DNA of 11,855 nucleotides from positions 1 through 11,855 of the forward strand of contig PMWA01000120.1 of assembly GCA_003166335.1 (NCBI GenBank). Direction: 5' to 3'. The notes under the pieces are model-generated. The model was not told the DNA's origin. It saw only the letters and a program-made list of their open reading frames with translations, and did no database searches. A program made the translations under genes and the position numbers. Origin of the DNA: Methanobacterium sp. (GTDB lineage Archaea > Methanobacteriota > Methanobacteria > Methanobacteriales > Methanobacteriaceae). Positions 1 through 6,623 of the stretch are shown piece by piece; position 1 is the first letter of the stretch; the number at the start of each line of letters is the position of its first letter.

Positions 1-119
1 ATCTCTTTATATAGCATATCTTCTAATTAATTTTTTCTTAGTCTGTAGTTTGGAATGTCTTAAACTGCAAATTGAGGTTTTAAAACTCATAATCATTTCC
101 ATCATATTTTCCAACCATA

Positions 120-273
120 TGTACCTATTTGTTTTGTAATGCTGATTTAGCTGAAAAAATAATTATTAGATGAAGTAACAAGATTTGAAACTTAATTTGG
201 GTAATGGGCTTTGAAAACGATTAAAAATTATAAATGGAAGAGCGTTGCTTAAGATATAATGTATAAAAGATAA
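120..273 (+). pseudogene. Decayed C-terminal fragment of a GT4 (GT-B fold) glycosyltransferase
   Basis: Pieces in three frames: TYLFCNADLAEKIII (123-167), DLKLNLGN (182-205) and ALKTIKNYKWKSVA*DI (208-258). Their order matches the GT4 tail pattern 'dLAekI..ll....r..lg..a...v..ysW..va'. Confidence 0.55.
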
Positions 274-285
274 TAAAGCCATTTT

Positions 286-1317
286 TTATAATGAACGTTT
301 TAAACTGCCTTTTTTATTTAATATCCCATCAATAAAACCATAAACAATACCTTTAATTGATTTAAAATCTAATCTTAATGAAAAAATTCCTATTTGAATT
401 GTAATTCTTTTAAGATGGAAAATGATGAAAATGGGTAAATATCTCCTAAAATTCTTTTGGTAGAATAAAATTTTATTTCTATTCCAATAATAAAGTAATA
501 CAGGGTTAATTTTACCGCCGGAGCTGGAATAGGTTTTGTGCCAGATTTTTGATTTTTTACAACCTCTGAGGACAAAACCCCTTTTTTTAGCTCTAAAACA
601 CCAATCAGTTTCTTCTGCATACATAAAATACCGATCATCAATTAAACCTACTACTTCAATTGCAGAATTCTTAATTAACATTGCAGCACCATTCAATGTA
701 TCACAATCGATGAAATTACCATCAATACTTGTTATACTTAAGTCACTACCAGTATATAAATTAAATTTTCTTCCTATTAGTTGAATTTTATCTTTATCAT
801 CATAATAGTAGATTGTTGGTTGAATAGCAGCTATTTGTTGCTTTTTATCATCGCAATTTATTAAATTTGATAGGAAATTTTTATCTACCACTGTATCATT
901 GTTTAGAAGTAATATATAATCTGGTTTTAAATTATTTACTGCATATTCTATTCCTATATTGTTTCCTTTTGCAAATCCATAGTTTTTGTCATTTTTAATT
1001 AGTATTAGCTTCCTATTTGATAGTATTTTATCTGTTTCATTTTTATTTGTATTTAAATTTCCTAATTCTTTATTTTTATATTCTAAAATTTTGATGGGCT
1101 TATTTAAGGGATTATATTTGAAAAATGTTGATTTAATCTCAATTTTTCCATCACAGTATTCTTTTAATTTTTTTATTGATTCATTGTAGGAATCATTATC
1201 TAAAACAATAACTTCATAATTAGGATAATCGATTTGATATAATGATTCTAAACATTCTATGGTATCTTGCCAACCGTTCCAATTTAGAATAATTATAGCG
1301 ACATTTGGGTTCATCAT
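286..1317 (-). CDS. GT2 glycosyltransferase (rhamnosyltransferase-like subgroup)
   Basis: IILNWN, LDNDS, NYGFAKGNN, LLNND, GAAML, YFMYAEETDWCFR and IWH motifs. GAGGT precedes the ATG ATG start. Confidence 0.92.
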   Translation of the reverse strand: MMNPNVAIIILNWNGWQDTIECLESLYQIDYPNYEVIVLDNDSYNESIKKLKEYCDGKIEIKSTFFKYNPLNKPIKILEYKNKELGNLNTNKNETDKILSNRKLILIKNDKNYGFAKGNNIGIEYAVNNLKPDYILLLNNDTVVDKNFLSNLINCDDKKQQIAAIQPTIYYYDDKDKIQLIGRKFNLYTGSDLSITSIDGNFIDCDTLNGAAMLIKNSAIEVVGLIDDRYFMYAEETDWCFRAKKRGFVLRGCKKSKIWHKTYSSSGGKINPVLLYYWNRNKILFYQKNFRRYLPIFIIFHLKRITIQIGIFSLRLDFKSIKGIVYGFIDGILNKKGSLKRSL

Positions 1318-1343
1318 ACCTCGTTAAAAGATTTTTATGATTC

Positions 1344-1361
1344 TTAGATTATTTAATCTAA
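1344..1361. repeat. 8-bp perfect palindrome TTAGATTA-TT-TAATCTAA upstream of the last GT2 gene; possible operator
   Basis: Directly visible, 27-44 bp upstream of ATG 1317. The AT-rich context makes a chance match possible. Confidence 0.3.
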
Positions 1362-1581
1362 ATTTGATAAAAAAAACAAATCATCTGGATAATCAAGTTC
1401 AATTTTTTTTATATTTCTCTTTAATCAATATGAGTTATTCTTTAATTAAGTTAGTCCAAATATTAGATATACATTTCAAAGTCCTACAAACAAATTTCTA
1501 CTTGAGTATTATTTTGATAATTCTTAAAATACTATAATGGAATATTAATTATAATTTAAGATTTTTAAATTTTTATATTAA

Positions 1582-2316
1582 TTATTTGTTCTTTTTATAC
1601 TTCTGAGTAATATAATTTAAAATTATTGTACTTTGTCTTTGTATAGGGTTAGTGCTCCAATATCCACATGTAGTATATATTTTTTTAAAATATTTTCTAT
1701 GTTTTTTTGAGATTTTTTTTAAAGTTAAAAAGTAACTATTTGAAAAAGAATCTGCACTAGAAACGTGATATAATGAAAGTGGAATAACAAATACATTTTT
1801 ATGGAATCTTTTAATAGTCAAACAGTAATCTACAGCATATAAGTGCCAATTCGGGCAATTATTTTCATCAAATTGTATTTTCTTAAAAATTGATTTTGGT
1901 ATTATAAAAAGACATTCATCTACTGTTTGAACAATTTTGGGAACTTTAATTTTGATTCCACAGTTATTCACCTTAGCAGGGATACCATCTTTAATATTAG
2001 TAAAAATAATTAATTTTTTATTCTCAGAACAACCGGCTATTCCGGCTATTCCTAGATTTTTTAATGAATCTAAAATTTTTTCCGCATCTCTTAACCAATC
2101 ATTATATTCCAAATCTATATCTTGATGTACGAACATTATATATGTGCCTTTAGCTTTTTTGCCGCCGTAATTTAAGGCCATAGCAGCTGATTTAAATTTG
2201 TTATTAGTGTTGTCTAAAAGTATGAGTTCATATTCTTTAGTCTGATTTTTTAAACTTCTCATTAAAAATTTATCTAAAATATTTTTGTCATTAAATACAC
2301 AAATTACTGAAATCAT
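1582..2316 (-). CDS. GT-A fold glycosyltransferase (GT2-like)
   Basis: ISVICV, LLDN, ALNYG, FVHQD, TVDEC, FDE and WHLYAVDYCL motifs. Confidence 0.85.
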   Translation of the reverse strand: MISVICVFNDKNILDKFLMRSLKNQTKEYELILLDNTNNKFKSAAMALNYGGKKAKGTYIMFVHQDIDLEYNDWLRDAEKILDSLKNLGIAGIAGCSENKKLIIFTNIKDGIPAKVNNCGIKIKVPKIVQTVDECLFIIPKSIFKKIQFDENNCPNWHLYAVDYCLTIKRFHKNVFVIPLSLYHVSSADSFSNSYFLTLKKISKKHRKYFKKIYTTCGYWSTNPIQRQSTIILNYITQKYKKNK

Positions 2317-2362
2317 TTTCTCGACATTCCAATAAAGTCCGTTTTTGATAATTTTTTTATTT

Positions 2363-3310
2363 CTAAAAATTATTGTAAATTTTTTTGAAATATTTGTAAG
2401 AAGTTGAAGGGATTAAAATTGCAAAAATTATTAAAAAACAAGAAAAGAATTCTCTACTACCCCAAAAAATTAATAAGAATCCAGAGAAAAAAGATAGATA
2501 AATATTTGGAAATCTTTTTTTATTAAGAATCTTCTCTGAATATATCATTGAGAAAATAAACTTATTACCTTTTACTGGCAATTCTCTAGCAGCTTTTATG
2601 CGTGAATCTTTATTTTCAATTAATAAGCATGAATTTAACCATCCTGAATACCATTCCATTATAGAAAATCCTATATCATTTTTTGAACGAGAGACAATAG
2701 TTTTTTTTGAGACATAAACACTGAAATTTTTTTCTATAGCCTTATTAATAAATGCAAAGGTTGGAAAAAAATTACAAGTATTAAGATAACCATAATAAAT
2801 ACAATTTGAATCAAATAACTCCGATTTATAAATAGTGCTTGGCAAAAATGATTGAGTGATAAAAAAAGTTGAACCACTTTCAATCAATTTTTTAACTGTA
2901 GTTTCTACTCCCCTAATCCAATTAGAGTAATTAGGATGTCCTACAGATATTAAATCAAATTTTCCTGTCATTATAGCTTCAATTATGTCATCACAATCTG
3001 AAAAATCGTAATTGTCATCGTCACATAATATCCATGAGTATTTATATTTAGAAATTTCGACTGCTCGTAAATAATTTGAAACAGCGCCAATGTTTCTTGC
3101 ATGTCTAATAATTTTTAAATTATGAAATAATTCATAATATTTTTCGCAAACAATAGGAGTATCATCATCAGAACAGTTGTCAAGAATAGTTAATTTACAT
3201 TTTGCAAATGGACTTTCTAATAATTGCTCAAACGTATTTTCAAGATCTTTAGATCGATTATAAGTTATCAGAAGTATTTCGAGTTTTTCTTCAATCATAA
3301 TTATTCCCAT
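2363..3310 (-). CDS. GT2 glycosyltransferase, resembling dideoxyhexose (WbaV/RfbV-type) transferases
   Basis: ITYNR, LDNCSDD, RNIG..N and WILCDDD motifs; hydrophobic C-terminal segment. Alternative start ATG 3298, preceded by GGGA. Confidence 0.85.
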   Translation of the reverse strand: MGIIMIEEKLEILLITYNRSKDLENTFEQLLESPFAKCKLTILDNCSDDDTPIVCEKYYELFHNLKIIRHARNIGAVSNYLRAVEISKYKYSWILCDDDNYDFSDCDDIIEAIMTGKFDLISVGHPNYSNWIRGVETTVKKLIESGSTFFITQSFLPSTIYKSELFDSNCIYYGYLNTCNFFPTFAFINKAIEKNFSVYVSKKTIVSRSKNDIGFSIMEWYSGWLNSCLLIENKDSRIKAARELPVKGNKFIFSMIYSEKILNKKRFPNIYLSFFSGFLLIFWGSREFFSCFLIIFAILIPSTSYKYFKKIYNNF

Positions 3311-3345
3311 AATGTTTCATAATAAACAGTCTTAATTTTTTGATC

Positions 3346-4719
3346 TTAATAACCTATCTCTCCATTTTCATAATCTTTTCTTTTGCTTACAAGTATTCTT
3401 CTTGCTGGGAGTAAAATAATTAACTGTGCAGCTAGGTAACCGCATAGTGCAATGGATGTTGATTTGAATAGATAGAAGCTAAGCCATACTCCCACTGCAG
3501 TTATAATTGCACTTAAAACTGAAATTCTCATGAATGGTTCTTGTTTATGGGATCTTAAGTAGTAAGCCCAATTGAAAATGATGAGGTTAACTCCTTCTGC
3601 CAATAATAGAATTATAATTTGATCCACAGGAAGTATTCTGGTATTCCAATTAATTAAAGGAAAAATAAAGATTACTGTAAGTATGAATGCAATGGAAACA
3701 ATAATATACATAAATAAGCTTTGCTTTTGCATTGTATTGAATAAATTATTGAGTTCGTTATGTTTTTTTTGAGCAACATATATATTGAAATGTGGTATTT
3801 TTGTGATACCCCACGAAGTTGCCATACCCTGTAATGTTCGAACCATTACTAAAGCCAGCCCCAGTTTACCGGCTGCTGCGGCTCCGGCATAGAACATTGC
3901 AACCGGTACCATGAACTGAAATATAAAATAGCCAGATGTCCAGCTAATAGCATATCTCCATTGTAAAGGTAAAGTTTCCTTAAGCCAGTTATATTTTCCA
4001 GTTACTTTAGAGCGGAATAGTTGACTCCATAATGTCCGTGATGATGAAAAAAACAAAATTAAACTTAAAATGATATTTACTAAGCCTCCTATGGCAAGGG
4101 CATAAAGACTAAAACCAGCATAAAGACCGTACCATATTCCGATACTACTAGCAAATCCTACTAAAGTTATTATCTTCTGAGCACGCTCGACCTTATTGAA
4201 ACCCCTTAATATAGATCCAAATAAAGAAACTAGTAGTGCGAATGCACCAGTAAATGAATAAAGCACCCATGCCATTAACAGTTGAAAGTTATTTGTGGAG
4301 TGCATAAAAAATACCACACCGATAATTGAAAGTAGGACAAATGCTATTAAAGTGATTATTAAGTAGAATTTGAAGGAGAATTTAACCAGTGAAATTGTTC
4401 TGTCTAATCTATCTTCTTCACCATATAATCTCCCATTCATTTCCGTTAGATGTGCATATTCATGGCTGATAAATTGAGTTATTATTGCTGTAAACCCTAA
4501 TTCAGCGAATACGGTCAGTGCGCCTAAACTTATAAATGTGTACCAATAACCTTGTTCAACAATAGTAAGATACTTTATGATAAAGAATATGCCAATAATT
4601 CCGGCAATAGAAGACCAAACCGTTCCTAAAACAGTATAAAAAATTGCTTTATCAATGCCTAAAATTGATACGAGTCTGTTAATAACAGGTATTTTTTTTA
4701 GATAATCTGTAAAACTCAA
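3346..4719 (-). CDS. Wzx-like oligosaccharide flippase (MOP superfamily)
   Basis: 457 aa with roughly 12 hydrophobic segments. Contains EQGYWYTF...AELGF...TQFISHE, typical of flippases. TTG start after AAGGAG. Located in a glycan cluster. Confidence 0.8.
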   Translation of the reverse strand: MSFTDYLKKIPVINRLVSILGIDKAIFYTVLGTVWSSIAGIIGIFFIIKYLTIVEQGYWYTFISLGALTVFAELGFTAIITQFISHEYAHLTEMNGRLYGEEDRLDRTISLVKFSFKFYLIITLIAFVLLSIIGVVFFMHSTNNFQLLMAWVLYSFTGAFALLVSLFGSILRGFNKVERAQKIITLVGFASSIGIWYGLYAGFSLYALAIGGLVNIILSLILFFSSSRTLWSQLFRSKVTGKYNWLKETLPLQWRYAISWTSGYFIFQFMVPVAMFYAGAAAAGKLGLALVMVRTLQGMATSWGITKIPHFNIYVAQKKHNELNNLFNTMQKQSLFMYIIVSIAFILTVIFIFPLINWNTRILPVDQIIILLLAEGVNLIIFNWAYYLRSHKQEPFMRISVLSAIITAVGVWLSFYLFKSTSIALCGYLAAQLIILLPARRILVSKRKDYENGEIGY

Positions 4720-4770
4720 AATTTTTAACTCCTTAAAGGAAAATATCTTAAAATTATTATAAAAGTAATA

Positions 4771-6081
4771 TTAAATAGATTTAAAAAAGCTTACAAATTC
4801 GTTTATCATATAATCCATTTTTTCTTCGGTAATTCCTGGATAAACTCCAACCCAAAATAGTTGCTTCATCACCTTATCAGTATTAGACAATGAGTCAACG
4901 ATTCTATAATTTATATTTTCGTATGCGGGTTGTTTAATCAAGTTTCCACCGAAAAGCATTCTTGTAGCGATTTTATTTTTTTCGAGATGTTCGACTATGT
5001 CATTCCTTGAAAAGGGTGCGTCTTCTTTTACCATTATTGGAAATCCGAACCAACTGGGGTCGGATTTTTTATCTTTTTTAGGCAATACAAGGTATTTTTC
5101 ATAGGTTTTTAATTCATTATAAATCTTTTTAAAGTTCGCTTTACGTGTTTCAATAAATTTTGGCAATTTTTTCAATTGTTCAACACCAACTGCTGCTTGC
5201 ATATCAGTTACTTTCAGGTTGTAACCTACATGTGAATAGACGTATTTATGATCATAACTATATGGTAACTTGCCTAACTGCCATCCGAATCTTTTACCAC
5301 ATGTATTGTCGCATCCCGGTTCACACCAGCAGTCTCTACCCCAATCCCTAAATGAGGCAATTATCTCTTTTAGAATGGGATCATCAGTTAAAACTGCGCC
5401 GCCTTCTCCCATAGTTATATGATGAGCAGGATAGAAACTACAAGTGGATATATGACCAAAACTACCAGTAAATTTGCTATTATATTTAGATCCAAGGGCA
5501 TCGCAGTTATCCTCTACAAACCATAAATCATTATTTTTTGCAATTTTCATTAAATTTTTTAAGTCAACAGGGTTTCCAAGAGTATGCGGAACAAATATAG
5601 CCTTCGTATTTTCTGTGATAGCGTCTTCTATAAGATCAACTTTAATATTGTACGTTCCCATTTTCACATCCAGAAAAACTGGAGTCAAATTGTTTTGAAT
5701 TATAGGGTTAAGAGTGGTTGGAAAACCACAAGCTGTTGTAATAACCTCATCACCTTTTTTAAGTCTTTTATCACCTAATTTAGGAGATGTTAAAGCAGAA
5801 ATCGCCAGTAAATTAGCTGAAGAACCCGAATTAGTCAACAAACAGTATTTTATTTTGATAAATTTAGCTAAATCTTCCTCAAATTGTTTGGCATATCTGC
5901 CACTAGTAAGCCAAAAATCAAGAGAAGAGTCTACTAAACTCATGATCTCCTTTTCATCAAAACTCCTACCAGCATAATTAATCTTTGTCTTTCCCGGGAT
6001 GAAAACATTAGTATTCTTCAAATCATAAAGTTCTTTAATCTTTTCAAAGATTTCTTCTCTAATTTCTTCTTCAGTTCTCAT
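4771..6081 (-). CDS. rfbH: CDP-4-keto-6-deoxyglucose 3-dehydrase (E1, RfbH/DdhC/AscC)
   Basis: DegT/DnrJ fold with NSGSSANL and EDNCDA. SFYPAHHITMGEGG has His in place of the Schiff-base Lys. RDWGRDCWCEPGCDNTC is the Fe-S segment; YDHKY also present. Start is either ATG 6081 (preferred, overlaps the remnant's stop) or 6090. Confidence 0.95.
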   Translation of the reverse strand: MRTEEEIREEIFEKIKELYDLKNTNVFIPGKTKINYAGRSFDEKEIMSLVDSSLDFWLTSGRYAKQFEEDLAKFIKIKYCLLTNSGSSANLLAISALTSPKLGDKRLKKGDEVITTACGFPTTLNPIIQNNLTPVFLDVKMGTYNIKVDLIEDAITENTKAIFVPHTLGNPVDLKNLMKIAKNNDLWFVEDNCDALGSKYNSKFTGSFGHISTCSFYPAHHITMGEGGAVLTDDPILKEIIASFRDWGRDCWCEPGCDNTCGKRFGWQLGKLPYSYDHKYVYSHVGYNLKVTDMQAAVGVEQLKKLPKFIETRKANFKKIYNELKTYEKYLVLPKKDKKSDPSWFGFPIMVKEDAPFSRNDIVEHLEKNKIATRMLFGGNLIKQPAYENINYRIVDSLSNTDKVMKQLFWVGVYPGITEEKMDYMINEFVSFFKSI

Positions 6082-6224
6082 TTTTCTCATCTCTATGAAT
6101 TTCCATCAACATGTTAGATTTGAGCTCTCTCATGTGATAAAAAAGGTTTTTGATCTTCTAAAGGTTTATTAGCATATAATTTAGTGAGTGCTTTAAAATT
6201 TGAGTTTATATTCGCTTCTAAAAA
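6071..6224 (-). pseudogene. Frameshifted 3' remnant of a second ThDP-enzyme (YerE-like) gene
   Basis: FLEANINSNFKALTKLYANKPLEDQKPFLSHE/ELKSNMLMEIHRDEKNEN* aligns without gaps to the intact protein's C-terminus FLEVDINPELKALPKLSVNKPIEDQEPLLPLEELKSIMIIDI (encoded within 6613-6759). Hand count gives 25/42 identities, with one extra base in the GAGAGAG run near 6128. Confidence 0.9.
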
Positions 6225-6262
6225 ATAGGATCAGAAAGAGTTTTTATAGGGTTCTGATCCTA
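6220..6262 (-). terminator. Perfect 11-bp inverted repeat with 15-nt loop, followed by T6 on the minus strand; terminator-like or mobile-element-end hairpin
   Basis: TAGGATCAGAA (6226-6236) and TTCTGATCCTA (6252-6262); A6 at 6220-6225 on the plus strand. The repeat is directly visible; its function is inferred. Confidence 0.5.
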
Positions 6263-6566
6263 CTGCGAATCGTATGATTCTGTAGACGGTCTGGGATGGG
6301 TTTGTTTTGAGTTGTTTCGATTGCATTCATAGATTCTATTCCTTTCTGATTTACTAATGGCTTAGATTATTAGTATAACATTTTGGGCGGTTGTTTGGTA
6401 ATGATATCACAGTCCAGAATCCACCTGTTATAATACTTCACAGAGTCTACTTCATTAATCATCTCTTCCAATTACTCGTCCTGGAGTTATTTACATCGTG
6501 ACATGGGAATGAATTCTTCATCAGCTTTCAGATTGTAGATTCCAATTACATTTTAAAGATCATCAT

Positions 6567-6623
6567 CTAAATTTCACGTTCAATACTCTTATTTTCTTTG
6601 TCCCGTAACTCTTTATTCTCCAT
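6567..6623 (-). pseudogene. Short ORF MENKELRDKENKSIEREI*; probable 5' stub of a lost downstream (rfbH-like) gene
   Basis: The ATG at 6623 overlaps the ThDP-gene end by 11 nt, the same geometry as the remnant/rfbH junction at 6071-6081. MENKELRDK loosely resembles the RfbH start MRTEEEIREE. Confidence 0.4.

Noticed and set aside
44..89. Weak inverted repeats (TGTAGTTT/AAACTGCA and TGAG...CTCA)
   Set aside because: Short, imperfect and AT-rich, with no supporting context.
1353..1403. IELDYPDDL on the minus strand, resembling the nucleotidyltransferase 'EID..eDL' motif
   Set aside because: A single short motif with a stop codon a few codons upstream and no further support.
1337..1537. 66-aa plus-strand ORF in the spacer
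   Set aside because: Its Leu/Ile/Phe/Asn/Lys composition is what very AT-rich DNA yields by chance, and it has no clear RBS or motif.
2033..2052. 9-bp tandem repeat CCGGCTATT x2
   Set aside because: It simply encodes GIAGIAG, a plausible structural motif within the GT.
1680..2708. Poly-T/A tracts of 7-8 nt in GT genes as phase-variation sites
   Set aside because: Expected from Lys/Ile codons in AT-rich genes, and all frames are intact.
6282..6314. QLKTNPSQTVY resembling QLNIQELQTVY of the ThDP enzyme
   Set aside because: Short match with no flanking similarity and the wrong distance from the fossil C-terminus; probably chance.
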